NCBI GenBank assembly: GCA_000008885.1
Contig: BA000021.3
Location: forward strand, 450,001-482,000
Reading direction: 5' to 3'
From: Wigglesworthia glossinidia endosymbiont of Glossina brevipalpis
GTDB lineage: Bacteria; Pseudomonadota; Gammaproteobacteria; Enterobacterales; Enterobacteriaceae
Length of the DNA: 32,000 nucleotides
Part shown: piece by piece, positions 1 through 10,609 of the stretch
Layout of the letters: each line of letters begins with the position of its first letter
Numbering within the stretch: the first letter of the stretch is position 1
Made by a program: the position numbers and the translations under genes
The notes under the pieces: generated by a model
Seen by the model: the letters and a program-made list of their open reading frames with translations, nothing else
The model's database searches: none
What the model was told of the DNA's origin: nothing

Positions 1-160
1 TATTGTGTTTTATTTTACATATATTGCTCCATTCCCAAATAGATGTAGCAAATATTGCAACTATAAAATATAAAAAAACATTATTATTAAAATAAAATAA
101 AATAGATATAATGCATATAAATAAAAACAATGTGCTAATTAATCGAATTTTCAGAAGCAT
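1..160 (-). CDS. cdsA: Phosphatidate cytidylyltransferase, N-terminal part (continues beyond window start)
   Basis: Not in the ORF track. Reverse-strand reading from the ATG at 160 gives MLLKIRLISTLFLFICIISILFYFNNNVFLYFIVAIFATSIWEWSNICKIKHN..., resembling the CdsA N-terminus (MLKYRLI..., ..AxWEW..). It follows uppS as in E. coli and overlaps its 3' end. Confidence 0.85.
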   Translation of the reverse strand, partial: MLLKIRLISTLFLFICIISILFYFNNNVFLYFIVAIFATSIWEWSNICKIKHN

Positions 161-917
161 CTCCTGTTTTTAAATAAATTTTGCTACATTTAGAATTTAT
201 TTTACCGAATCTACGTTCTCTTTTGGCAAAAGAATTTATTGCATTTGAAAAAATCACATGATCAAAGTCTGGCCATAATACATCTGTAAAAAAAAGCTCA
301 GAATATGCAATTTGCCAAAGCAAAAAATTACTAATTCTATGTTCTCCTCCTGTTCTAATAACCAAGTCTACTGGAACTAATTCATTCATACAAATAAATC
401 TGCAGAAATTAGATTCATTTATTTGATCTGGATATATAATTCCTTTTTTGACTTGTTTGGCAATTTTTTTTACACCTTGTATAATATCCCATCTTCCTCC
501 ATAATTTGCAGCTATATTTAAATTCAAACCATTATTTTTGTAAGTGATTTTTTCAGATTTTTTTATATATTTTTGTAACTTCAAATTAAATTTAGATATA
601 TCTCCTATGATTTTTAATCTGATATTATTTTTTTTAAAGCTATCTATAGCATTGTTTAAAACACTTGAAAACAATTCCATTAAATCTGAAACTTCTTGTA
701 TTGGTCTTTTCCAATTTTCGCTGCTAAAAGCATATAATGTAAGAGCGTTTAAATGATTATTTATTGCAAATTTTATTGCTTTTTTTGCAGATTCAACACC
801 AGCTTTATGACCAAATATCCTTAACTTGCCTCTGTTTTTTGCCCAACGACCATTTCCATCCATAATAATAGCAATATGACGTGGTTTGTTTATGTGTTTG
901 ATTTTTGTTAATGACAT
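135..917 (-). CDS. uppS: Isoprenyl (undecaprenyl) diphosphate synthase
   Basis: ORF of 260 aa with the IAIIMDGNGRWAKNRG motif and C-terminal DLVIRTGGEHRISNFLLWQIAYSELFFTDVLWPDF. Confidence 0.97.
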   Translation of the reverse strand: MSLTKIKHINKPRHIAIIMDGNGRWAKNRGKLRIFGHKAGVESAKKAIKFAINNHLNALTLYAFSSENWKRPIQEVSDLMELFSSVLNNAIDSFKKNNIRLKIIGDISKFNLKLQKYIKKSEKITYKNNGLNLNIAANYGGRWDIIQGVKKIAKQVKKGIIYPDQINESNFCRFICMNELVPVDLVIRTGGEHRISNFLLWQIAYSELFFTDVLWPDFDHVIFSNAINSFAKRERRFGKINSKCSKIYLKTGDASENSIN

Positions 918-1108
918 TAAAATAATTTTTTATAAATTATATTTATTTTAATTTGTATTAATTTTTTTTATTATACATTTTAAAATAAATATTCTTTAAT
1001 CTAATATTAATAAATAATATTATATAGTTTATTTTTTTAACCAATAAATATATTATAATTATTTAGTTTAAATTAATCAATATTTATATTTATACAAAAT
1101 ATATAATA

Positions 1109-2302
1109 TTAATAACATTTAATAAATTTTTTTGCTAAATTTCTAGCTTTACTGTCAAGTAATAAAATTTCTTCTATGCTAGATGGTTCAAAAATATCAA
1201 GTTTATCCAACACCTTTTTATTAATTATTGCAATATCTGTGAAATAAATTTTTTTTGATAAAAAAGCAGATACGGATATTTCGTTTGCTGAATTTAGAAC
1301 TGTAGTCGCTCCTTGCCCATTATAGCTTGCTTGAATTGCTAAATTTAGGCATGGATATCTATTATAATCTATTGATTCAAAAGTCAATTTATTGTTTTTG
1401 TAAAAATCTAAATATTTGTTTTTTATTTTAATTCTTTTTGGATACCCTAATCCATATGAAATAGAAGATTGCATATCAGGTAAGCTCATGTTAGCAATTA
1501 CTGTTCCATCTATATATCTAATCATAGAATGTATAATAGATTGATGATGAATAATTAATTCTATTTGATCTTTGCAAACATTAAATAACCATTTAGCCAC
1601 AATATATTCAAATCCTTTATTCATCATAGTTGCTGAATCTATTGATATTTTTTTTCCCATTTTCCAGTTTGGATGATTACAAGCTTGATCAGGAGATACT
1701 TTTTTCAAATCTCTTAATTCAACATTTCTAAATGGACCTCCAGATCCAGTTAAAATTAATTTGTAAATTCCATATTTATTAATAGACGCAATTCCTAATT
1801 TTTTTTGAAAATCTAAAGGCAGACTTTGAAAAATAGCATTATGTTCGCTATCTATAGGAATTATTATTGATTTATATTTTTCTACTTGTTTCATAAAAAA
1901 ATGACCACAAGAAACTAATATTTCTTTGTTTGCTAATAGTATTTTTTTACCAGATTTAATCGCAGAAAATAAAAAAAATATTCCAGATAATCCTACTGTG
2001 GCAGATATTACAATATCTACTTCTTTTGAAGAAGATAAATTGCATATATCATTAGATCCAAATAAAACAGATGTTTTGCATTTATTTTTTAATAAACCTT
2101 GTTTAAGATCTAATAATTTTTTTTTGTTCATAATACATACATAATTCGGCTTATATTTTATGCATTGACTTATTAATACATTGATATTATTTCCGTATGC
2201 AACCAAAGAATAGACAGAAAATTTATCTAAATTATTACTTATTATCTTTAATGTATTTTTTCCAATAGATCCTGTACTTCCTAATATCGTTATTTTTTTC
2301 AT
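1109..2302 (-). CDS. dxr: 1-deoxy-D-xylulose 5-phosphate reductoisomerase
   Basis: ORF of 397 aa: ITILGSTGSIGKNTL, LLANKEILVSCG, IIPIDSEHNAIFQ, LTGSGGPF, HPNWKMGKKISIDSATMMNKGFE. Confidence 0.98.
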   Translation of the reverse strand: MKKITILGSTGSIGKNTLKIISNNLDKFSVYSLVAYGNNINVLISQCIKYKPNYVCIMNKKKLLDLKQGLLKNKCKTSVLFGSNDICNLSSSKEVDIVISATVGLSGIFFLFSAIKSGKKILLANKEILVSCGHFFMKQVEKYKSIIIPIDSEHNAIFQSLPLDFQKKLGIASINKYGIYKLILTGSGGPFRNVELRDLKKVSPDQACNHPNWKMGKKISIDSATMMNKGFEYIVAKWLFNVCKDQIELIIHHQSIIHSMIRYIDGTVIANMSLPDMQSSISYGLGYPKRIKIKNKYLDFYKNNKLTFESIDYNRYPCLNLAIQASYNGQGATTVLNSANEISVSAFLSKKIYFTDIAIINKKVLDKLDIFEPSSIEEILLLDSKARNLAKKFIKCY

Positions 2303-2410
2303 TTTTTATTTTATTTAATATATTAAATTTTTATTTTTAATATTTTATTAATACTATATATTTTATCTTTAATATTAAATAAATAATAATATTAATTTAA
2401 TTTTTAAAAA

Positions 2411-2968
2411 TTAAATTTTTTTAATTTCTTTCTCTTTTAACTTCAATATTTTTTTTGTATCTTCAATTCTAGAATTTGTTAGATTTTGTATTACTTCTTG
2501 AAATTTTTTATCTTCATCTTTTCCTATGGTTTTTGCTTTTATTAATTTCTTTATTTTTTCGTTGGCATCTCTTCTTATGTTTCTAATAGATATTATGTTT
2601 TGCTCTGCTTCTTTATTTATTAATTTAATTAATTCAAATCTACGAGCTTCTGTTAGTTTTGGGAATTCTATTCTAATATAATTTTCTTGTATTTGCGGAT
2701 TGACTCCTAAATCAGAAGATAAAATAGCTTGTTCTATTTTTTTTATTATATTATTATCAAATACATTTATTTTAAGTATATTTGATTTTTCTGACAAAAT
2801 ATTTGATAATTTACTTAACGGAACAGATGTACCATAACAATTAATATAAATATTTTCTATTAAACTAGGAGATACTCTATTTGTACGAATCTTAGAGATA
2901 TTTTTTTTAAAAAAATCAATTGATTTTTTCATTCTTGAATTTGAATTTTCATAAATTTCATTAATCAT
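2411..2968 (-). CDS. frr: Ribosome recycling factor
   Basis: ORF of 185 aa: KIRTNRVSPSLIENI, YGTSVPLSKLSNI, IRIEFPKLTEARRFELIKLI, IRNIRRDANEKIKKL. Confidence 0.97.
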   Translation of the reverse strand: MINEIYENSNSRMKKSIDFFKKNISKIRTNRVSPSLIENIYINCYGTSVPLSKLSNILSEKSNILKINVFDNNIIKKIEQAILSSDLGVNPQIQENYIRIEFPKLTEARRFELIKLINKEAEQNIISIRNIRRDANEKIKKLIKAKTIGKDEDKKFQEVIQNLTNSRIEDTKKILKLKEKEIKKI

Positions 2969-3029
2969 TTTTTCACCTTAATTATTCATGCGTTATTTAA
3001 TTCAAATAATAAAAAATTAAAATTTTTAT

Positions 3030-3754
3030 CTAATTAATTAACGTACCTATATCTTTTCCTATTATTGCTTTATATAAAGAATTAGGCTCTTTTATATTAA
3101 ATATTCTAATTGGTAATTTATGTTCTTTAGCTATAGCAAATGCAGTAAAATCCATTATTTTTAAATTTTTTTTCAATGCATAATCATAACTTATTTTTTT
3201 ATATAAAGTTGCGTTTGGATTTTTAGCAGGATCTTCAGAAAAAACACCATCAACATTAGTAATTTTTAATAATAAATTTGCATCAATTTCTATTGCCTTC
3301 AAACATGCTGCTGAATCTGTAGTAAACAAAGTATGTCCAATTCCAAAACAAAAAATTACTATTTTTTTTTTAAAATTTTATTTATTCTAAAAATATTATA
3401 AGATTCACATATTCCATTTATATTAAATGGAAATGGTGATATTAATTGCGATTTAATATTTAAACGTTCAAAATGATTATAAATAAACAATCCATTTATT
3501 AATGTAGACATCATTCCTATATGATCTCCTATATTTCTTTTAATTCCATGTATTTTTAACTGACTTCCTCTAAATAGATTTCCTCCTCCAATTACTATTC
3601 CTATTTGTATACCTAGATTAAATAAATTTTTTATTTCATTTGTTATTTTGTTTAAAATATCAAAATCAACTAAATTTTTTTTTCCTTTTTTTAAACATTC
3701 TCCGCTTAATTTTAATAAAATTTTTTTATTAATATATATTTTATTATTTTTCAT
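3030..3754 (-). CDS. pyrH: UMP kinase, interrupted by a single-nucleotide frame disruption at a poly(A) tract (+ strand T10, 3362-3371)
   Basis: The N-terminal ORF (start MKNNKIYINKKILLKLSGECL...; ends ...RINKILKKK*) and the C-terminal ORF (...MFTTDSAACLKAIEIDANLLLK...GTLIN) are adjacent and collinear. Adding one A to the A10 tract gives ...KILKKKIVIFCFGIGHTLFTTDSAACLK..., a continuous 241-aa PyrH. Position between frr and tsf matches E. coli. Confidence 0.93.
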
Positions 3755-3792
3755 ATTTTCTCCACAGACAGGCATATTCTTTTATAAGAATT

Positions 3793-4605
3793 TCAAATAA
3801 CAGGATAAAAATTTTCTCCTACTTCAAACCTAATAAATTTTTTAATATAAATATTTCTTTCATTTATTATATTTTTGATTTTTTTTGTATCATCAAATAT
3901 GAAAAATTGCTCTTCTAAAGCAATTTTTTCAAAAAATTTTTTCATTTTTCCATTTGAAATTTTTTCAGCAATTTCTTTTGTTTTTCCATTTTTTAATGCA
4001 GACTTAATGTATATCATTTTTTCATTTTCTTTTATAATATTTGGAATGGATTTAACGCTAATATATTTTGGATTGCTAGCTGCAATATGCATAGCTATTT
4101 TTTTTGACATATCTTCTGTAGAATTTTTTATATCTACAATTACTCCTATACGTTTTAAATGAATATAATTAAATAAATTTTTTCCATAAAATAATTTTAT
4201 TCTTTTTATATTTATTTTTTCTTTAAATGTTAAAGAAAAATATGATATTTTTTCTTTCATAAATTTTCTCAAAATATCTATATCTGAAATTTTTTCTTTT
4301 AAAATAATTGAAATAATTTCTTTTCCAAAGTTTTGGAATTGTTTATTTTTTGCAACAAAATCAGTTTCGCTGTTTAATTCAATTAAAGCTCCATATTTTT
4401 TTTCTTTTTTTACTTTAGCTAAAACAATTCCATTTGATAAATTATTAACATTTTTTTCTATGTTTAATGTTCCTGATTTTTTTATAAATTGTATCGCTAG
4501 TTCTATATTTTCATTATTTTCTAAAAGAGCTTTTTTGCATTCTAAAATTCCTAAATTAGTACGATTTCTCATTTCTTTTATAAGATTAGATAATTTATTT
4601 ACCAT
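3793..4605 (-). CDS. tsf: Elongation factor Ts
   Basis: ORF of 270 aa: LIKEMRNRTNLGILECKKALLE, GIVLAKVKKEKKYGALIELNSETDFVAKN, KIAMHIAASNPKY; adjacent to rpsB. Confidence 0.97.
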   Translation of the reverse strand: MVNKLSNLIKEMRNRTNLGILECKKALLENNENIELAIQFIKKSGTLNIEKNVNNLSNGIVLAKVKKEKKYGALIELNSETDFVAKNKQFQNFGKEIISIILKEKISDIDILRKFMKEKISYFSLTFKEKINIKRIKLFYGKNLFNYIHLKRIGVIVDIKNSTEDMSKKIAMHIAASNPKYISVKSIPNIIKENEKMIYIKSALKNGKTKEIAEKISNGKMKKFFEKIALEEQFFIFDDTKKIKNIINERNIYIKKFIRFEVGENFYPVI

Positions 4606-4649
4606 TATTATGATCCTGATTTTTAAAAAAATTTTAGTTAATAAAATTT

Positions 4650-5372
4650 TTAATTATTCTTTATAATTATTTTTTTATTTATTTCTTTATTAGATATTTT
4701 ACTATTTTTAATTGTTTCTGAAACAGTTTTTAAATATAAATCAATAGCCCTTATTGAATCATCATTTCCCGGTATGACAAATTTAATATCTTTTGGGTTA
4801 GAATTAGTATCTACTATTGCAAAAATAGGAATGCCTAGTTTATTTGCTTCTTTTATTGATGTTTTTTCGTGTTCTACATCAATAACAAATATAGCATCTG
4901 GTAATCCACCCATGTTTTTTATTCCACCTAAACTATTTTCTAATTTATTTAGAGTTCTAGTTCTTATTAAGGCTTCTTTTTTTGTTAATTTTTTAAATGT
5001 TCCATCTTTTGATTGTGATTCTAGTTCTTTTAATCTTTTTATAGATTGTCTTACTGTTTTCCAGTTAGTTAGCATTCCTCCTAACCACCTATAATTTACA
5101 AAAAATTGATTGCAATTTATTGCAGAATTTTTAATGGCTTCTGAAGCTGCTCTTTTCGTTCCAATAAATAAAATTTTTCCGTCTCTTTTGGATATTTTAG
5201 ATAATTCATTCATTGCTATTTCAAACATTATTAATGTTTTTTCTAAATTAATAATATGCACTTTATTTTTTTTACAAAAAATAAAAGGCTTCATATTAGG
5301 ATTCCAATATCTTGTTTGATGTCCAAAATGGACTCCAGATTGGATCATATCTTTCATAGATAAATTTAACAT
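4650..5372 (-). CDS. rpsB: 30S ribosomal protein S2
   Basis: ORF of 240 aa: [79 protein letters not shown]. Confidence 0.99.
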   Translation of the reverse strand: MLNLSMKDMIQSGVHFGHQTRYWNPNMKPFIFCKKNKVHIINLEKTLIMFEIAMNELSKISKRDGKILFIGTKRAASEAIKNSAINCNQFFVNYRWLGGMLTNWKTVRQSIKRLKELESQSKDGTFKKLTKKEALIRTRTLNKLENSLGGIKNMGGLPDAIFVIDVEHEKTSIKEANKLGIPIFAIVDTNSNPKDIKFVIPGNDDSIRAIDLYLKTVSETIKNSKISNKEINKKIIIKNN

Positions 5373-5607
5373 GTTTTTACCCGTAATTTAATAAAATTAA
5401 TTAAACATATATGAAAATTAAAATATTCAATAAATATTTATAATAAATTATTATATTTTAAATAAATAATAATATAAATATAAAAATTTTTATTTAATTT
5501 TTAATTAAATATGTTAAATTTTTTAATAAAATTTGCTAAAAATATTTTTATTATTAATTGAATAAATTTTAAATCAAAAAATTTTTATAAATAAATATAA
5601 TAACCAC

Positions 5608-6399
5608 TTGGATATAATAATGTCTATTGATATCAAATCTACAAATGAAATAATTAAAATAAGAAAATCTTGTAAAATAGCTTCAGAAGTATTAACTATG
5701 ATTGAAAATTACATAGAACCAGGAATTAGCACAGAAAAATTAAATAAAATATGTCATGAATATATAGTAAAAAAAAAACATGCTTTTCCCGCATCTTTAG
5801 GATATTGCGGGTTTCCAAAATCTGTTTGCATTTCTATTAATGATGTTGTTTGTCACGGAATTCCAAATAAAAAAATAATTCTTAAAGATGGAGATATTTT
5901 AAATATTGATGTTGCTGTTATAAAAGATGAATATTATGGAGATACTTCTAAAATGTTTTTTGTAAAAGACGTAAAAAAAGAAGCCATAGATCTTTGTAAA
6001 TCAACACAGAAAAGTTTGTATTTAGCTATAAAAAAAATACATCCAGGAATGCGACTCAGAAAAATAGGAAGTATTATTCAAAAATATATAGAATCTAAAA
6101 ACTATTCAATAGTAAGAGAATATTGTGGCCATGGAATAGGAAAATGTTTTCATGAAGAACCTCAAATATTACATTATGATGCTTATGACAAAGAGATAAA
6201 ATTAAAACCAGGAATGATATTTACTATAGAACCTATGGTTAATATAGGTTCAAAAAATGTATATACAGGTAAAGATGGATGGACTGTAAAAACTAAAGAT
6301 AAATCGTTATCCGCTCAGTATGAACATACAATTTTAATAACTAATTATGGATGTGAAGTTATGACTTTGCGCGAAGAAGAATTATTATTAAAACAATAA
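5608..6399 (+). CDS. map: Methionine aminopeptidase type I
   Basis: ORF of 263 aa: FPASLGYCGFPKSVCISINDVVCHGIP, YYGDTSKMF, VREYCGHGIGKCFHEEPQILHY, MIFTIEPMVNIG. Divergent from rpsB as in E. coli. Confidence 0.98.
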   Translation: MDIIMSIDIKSTNEIIKIRKSCKIASEVLTMIENYIEPGISTEKLNKICHEYIVKKKHAFPASLGYCGFPKSVCISINDVVCHGIPNKKIILKDGDILNIDVAVIKDEYYGDTSKMFFVKDVKKEAIDLCKSTQKSLYLAIKKIHPGMRLRKIGSIIQKYIESKNYSIVREYCGHGIGKCFHEEPQILHYDAYDKEIKLKPGMIFTIEPMVNIGSKNVYTGKDGWTVKTKDKSLSAQYEHTILITNYGCEVMTLREEELLLKQ

Positions 6400-6534
6400 A
6401 ACATAATTTGTTAAAAATTAATTTTATCAATTAAAATATATTTTTAGTATTAATAAAAATTATATTTTTTATATTAAACTTGAAATTTATCTGATAAAAT
6501 TAGCATTTTATTTATATTCGAAATTTTATAATAC

Positions 6535-7359
6535 ATGATAAATAAATTTAAAAAAACAATTGAAACTTCGTTTGAAAAAAAAGAACATTTAAAAAAATGT
6601 GTTGATCCTTTATTAAAAAATACAATAATATCTATTATTAATTTATTAGATAAAGGAAAAATTAGAGTTGCAGAGAAAAAAAATGGTACTTGGATTACTA
6701 ATCAATGGATAAAAAAATCAATATTAATATATTTTTGTATATTTAAAAATAAATTAATTATTTCAGAAAATATGAATTTTTTTGATAAAATTAGTATGAA
6801 ATTTGAAAAATGGGACCATGATGATTTTTGTAAACATAAAATAAGAGCTGTTCCTTGTTCATTTGTTAGGAAAGGATCTTTTATTGCTAAAAATAGCGTA
6901 ATAATGCCATCTTATATAAATATAGGAGCATATATAGGAGAAAATTCTACAATAGATACATGGTCTACAATAGGATCTTGTGCACAAATTGGAAAAAATG
7001 TTCATATTTCTGGCGGAGTGGGCATAGGAGGGGTTTTAGAACCAGTACAAAATAATCCAACTATAATAGAAGATAACTGTTTTATTGGAGCAAGATCTGA
7101 GATAGTAGAAGGAGTTGTAGTTGAATCAGGATCAGTGATTTCAATGGGAGTATTTATAGGAAAGAGCACAAAGATTTATGATTCTATAAATAATAAAATT
7201 TATTATGGCAGAATACCTAAAAAATCAGTAGTAATACCGGGAAGTTTACCTTCAAAAAATAATAGATTTAATATAAACTGTGCTATTATAATTAAGAAAC
7301 CTGATCATGAAACCAAAAGAAAAATAAAAATGAATAGCATATTACATTTAAATAATTAA
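6535..7359 (+). CDS. dapD: 2,3,4,5-tetrahydropyridine-2,6-dicarboxylate N-succinyltransferase
   Basis: ORF of 274 aa: left-handed beta-helix hexapeptide region, CAQIGKNVHISGGVGIGGVLEPVQNNPTIIEDNCFIGARSEIVEGVVVE. Confidence 0.97.
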   Translation: MINKFKKTIETSFEKKEHLKKCVDPLLKNTIISIINLLDKGKIRVAEKKNGTWITNQWIKKSILIYFCIFKNKLIISENMNFFDKISMKFEKWDHDDFCKHKIRAVPCSFVRKGSFIAKNSVIMPSYINIGAYIGENSTIDTWSTIGSCAQIGKNVHISGGVGIGGVLEPVQNNPTIIEDNCFIGARSEIVEGVVVESGSVISMGVFIGKSTKIYDSINNKIYYGRIPKKSVVIPGSLPSKNNRFNINCAIIIKKPDHETKRKIKMNSILHLNN

Positions 7360-7956
7360 ATTAACTAACAAATTTATTAAATTAAAATTTACCTTAAATT
7401 AAAAAAATAATATAAATTATCGATAATATCATTAAATTTTAAAACTTTATAAAAATTTTTAAAAAAATAATAATTTTTATTTATATACTTTTATGATTCA
7501 TGTAAATGAATTTGTAAATTAAAATTTTTTATTTGTAAAAATAAAAATTTTATATAATTAAAAATTTAATTAAACTTTTTAGATATGAAAATATTTATAA
7601 ATTAATATATATTAATTGCTATATTTTTTATATATAAAAAAAATATTTTTATACATTTTATATTTTATGTAATTTTTTAAAGATTTATTAATTAAATTAA
7701 TAAATCTTTATACTTAATATCTTTTTAATATTTAAAGATTGTTGATTATTTAAATTATTTAATAAAATTAATTATATATATTTTATAAAAATAAAAATCA
7801 AACTCTAATTTCTTTAAAGTTAAATAATAAATTTAAATATTAAATAAAATTAAAATATTTATATTAGATATAATAATTTTTTTTAAAATATAATACGTAA
7901 AGATATATCTGTGTTTTTAAAGAAAAATCAATATATAGTTAACATGAGGAATAATT

Positions 7957-9396
7957 ATGTTAAATTCTATTCGAATCGAACAAGATATGATTGGAATACG
8001 TGAAATTTCAAATGAATTTTATTATGGCATTCATACTCTTAGAGCTATAGAAAATTTCAAAATTAGTAAAAATACTATTAACGATTATCCTGAATTAATC
8101 AAGGGAATGGTGATGGTGAAAAAAGCATCTGCTCTTGCAAACAAACATTTAAAAGTTTTATCAGAAAAAAACGCAAAAATTATAGTAAGAGCTTGTGATT
8201 GTATTTTAAAAAAACAAAATATTTATCTTGATCAATTTCCAGTAGACGCTTTTCAAGGAGGAGCTGGAACATCTGTAAATATGAATGTTAATGAAGTTTT
8301 GACTAATATTGGATTAGAAATAATGGGTAAGAAAAAAGGAGATTATAAGTTTCTTAATCCAAATGATCATTTAAATTTAAGTCAATCCACAAACGATGCA
8401 TATCCAACTGGACTTCGTTTATCAATATATAAATCTATATACAAATTAATTAAATCAATCATATTAATTGAAGATAGTTTTTATAAAAAATCAAAAGAAT
8501 TTTCTAAAATAATAAAAATGGGTAGAACGCAATTACAAGATGCTGTCCCAATGACATTGGGTCAAGAATTTTATGCTTTTAAAACATCTTTAAAAAAAGA
8601 AAGAATAAATTTAATTAATACATCTAAATTATTATTAGATATTAATCTTGGAGGAACAGCAATAGGAACTAAATTAAATACTCCTAAAGGATATCAAAAA
8701 GTAGTTGTAAAACAATTATCAATTGTTAGCGGAATACAGTTCAATCCAGTAAAAGATCTTATAGAATCTACATATGATTGTGGAATATATACTATTGTGC
8801 ATGGAAATTTAAAAAATTTAGCTATTAGATTATCTAAAATTTGTAATGATTTAAGATTATTGTCATCTGGGCCAAGAGCTGGGTTAAATGAAATAAATTT
8901 ACCTGAACTTCAAGCTGGATCTTCGATAATGCCTGCTAAAGTTAACCCAGTTTTACCAGAAGTAGTTAATCAGGTATGTTTTAAGGTATGTGGAAATGAT
9001 ATTTGCGTAATGATGGCAGCAGAGTCAGGTCAATTACAATTAAATGCTATGGAACCAGTAATAAGTCAATCTATATTTGAATCAATAAATATTCTCAAAA
9101 ATGCTATTTTATCTTTAAAAGAAAAATGTATAGATGGAATCACAGCAAATAAAAAAATTTGTGAATCTTATGTATTAAATTCTATAGGAATAGTTGCATA
9201 TTTAAATCCTTTTATTGGTCATCATAACGGAGATATAATCGGAAAAATTTGTTCTAAAAGCGGTAGAAGTGTAAAAGAAGTTGTATTGGAAAAAGGATTT
9301 TTAACAGAAAAAGAACTTAATGATATTTTTTCATTTAATAATTTAATACATCCAAAATATAAAAATAAAAATAGTTCTGAAGATTTATCAATCTAA
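7957..9396 (+). CDS. aspA: Aspartate ammonia-lyase (aspartase)
   Basis: ORF of 479 aa of the fumarase/aspartase superfamily: [22 protein letters not shown], signature [23 protein letters not shown]; followed by cutA as in E. coli (without dcuA). Confidence 0.95.
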   Translation: MLNSIRIEQDMIGIREISNEFYYGIHTLRAIENFKISKNTINDYPELIKGMVMVKKASALANKHLKVLSEKNAKIIVRACDCILKKQNIYLDQFPVDAFQGGAGTSVNMNVNEVLTNIGLEIMGKKKGDYKFLNPNDHLNLSQSTNDAYPTGLRLSIYKSIYKLIKSIILIEDSFYKKSKEFSKIIKMGRTQLQDAVPMTLGQEFYAFKTSLKKERINLINTSKLLLDINLGGTAIGTKLNTPKGYQKVVVKQLSIVSGIQFNPVKDLIESTYDCGIYTIVHGNLKNLAIRLSKICNDLRLLSSGPRAGLNEINLPELQAGSSIMPAKVNPVLPEVVNQVCFKVCGNDICVMMAAESGQLQLNAMEPVISQSIFESINILKNAILSLKEKCIDGITANKKICESYVLNSIGIVAYLNPFIGHHNGDIIGKICSKSGRSVKEVVLEKGFLTEKELNDIFSFNNLIHPKYKNKNSSEDLSI

Positions 9397-9440
9397 ATTT
9401 TTTATTTTATTAAATACGTATAAAACTTGATAAGTATAAT

Positions 9441-9812
9441 ATGAAAAATTTATCTAATATCACAAAAAATAACTTTTTAAATGAAAAATATTTTTGCGTA
9501 ATATTATGCACTATTCCAGATAATGATTCAGCAAATTATATTATAAAACAAATTTTAAAAAAAAAATTGGCAGCTTGTGTTACAAAAATACCAGAAGTAA
9601 TATCTTTCTATTATTGGAATAAAATATTAGAAGAGAAAAAAGAAGTACAAATTTTAATTAAAAGTCATATAAAATTAAGAAAAAAAGTTTTTTCGTTAAT
9701 TAAAAATATTCATCCATATAAAATACCAGAAATAATTTCAATTTCTACAAATAAAATAGAAAAGTATTATAAAAACTGGATAGTAAACAATATATCAATT
9801 TTAAAAAATTAA
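9441..9812 (+). CDS. cutA: Divalent-cation tolerance protein CutA
   Basis: ORF of 123 aa: CTIPDNDSANYIIKQILKKKLAACVTKIPEVISFYYWNKILEEKKEVQILIKS, HPYKIPEIISI. Confidence 0.93.
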   Translation: MKNLSNITKNNFLNEKYFCVILCTIPDNDSANYIIKQILKKKLAACVTKIPEVISFYYWNKILEEKKEVQILIKSHIKLRKKVFSLIKNIHPYKIPEIISISTNKIEKYYKNWIVNNISILKN

Positions 9813-9939
9813 AATATAATTATATTTTATATATAAAATTTGAAAAAATAGATTCTAAAATATGATATAATAAGATCATATTTGTATATATTTGTTTTTT
9901 AATAAATTTAAAATTATTAAAATATAATAATAAAATTTC

Positions 9940-10012
9940 GCCCGAATAGCTCAGTTGGAAGAGCATAGGACTGAAAATCCTTGTGTCGGTGGTTCGATTC
10001 CACCTTCGGGCA
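9940..10012 (+). tRNA. tRNA-Phe (anticodon GAA), 3' CCA not encoded
   Basis: GCCCGAA...TTCGGGC acceptor stem, D arm TAGCTCAGTTGGAAGAGCA, anticodon arm GGACTGAAAATCC, T arm GGTGGTTCGATTCCACC; discriminator A is followed directly by AAAT. Confidence 0.96.
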
Positions 10013-10609
10013 AAATTAAAAATAATTATTGTTGTTATTAAATTAAAATAATAAATTTAATTTATTTATTTAAAAATAAATAACATAATCAATATATTTC
10101 ATTTCATTAGTTTCATTTAAAATTTTACTTAATAATATTTTATTTTTTTATTATAAAGTGTATTAAAAATATTACATTTTTAATTTTAATAAAAATATTT
10201 TTATTAATAATTTTATAAAATTTAAATTAATATATTTTTATTTTATTACAAACTCATTCTAATATTAATAATATTATATGTATTTCTTTATAATTCTATT
10301 TTATATTTTTTGTAGTAATTTTTAATTTTAAAAATCTAATATTTAAAGTTATTTAAAAAAAAAAGACAAATATACTTCTCTTTTAACGAAAGATATTAAT
10401 TAATATATAATATAATTATTTTGTTTAAACTAAAAATTTATATTAATTAAATTAAAATATAAAAATGAAATAGAATTATATATTAAATTTTAATTTTTAT
10501 AAAAATTAAACAAATCTTATGTAACAATATTAATTGATACAAATTAAAATATTTTATTTATTTTTTAATAAAAATAATTAAAAAAAGCATAAATTATCTA
10601 GGAGAAGTA

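Noticed and set aside
544-756. Antisense ORF within uppS (70 aa)
   Set aside because: Fully inside a confidently identified gene on the opposite strand, with no recognisable motif; a shadow ORF.
1926-2144. Antisense ORF within dxr
   Set aside because: Shadow of a conserved gene; no independent coding evidence.
3030-3754. pyrH as an ordinary decaying pseudogene
   Set aside because: Both halves retain family motifs and normal termini with a single-base lesion at a homopolymer, and the restored length matches E. coli PyrH. Rescue or sequencing error fits better than decay.
3875-5319. Antisense ORFs opposite tsf and rpsB (3875-4162, 4460-4666, 4774-5094, 5110-5319)
   Set aside because: All lie opposite universally conserved genes, and their translations resemble no known family.
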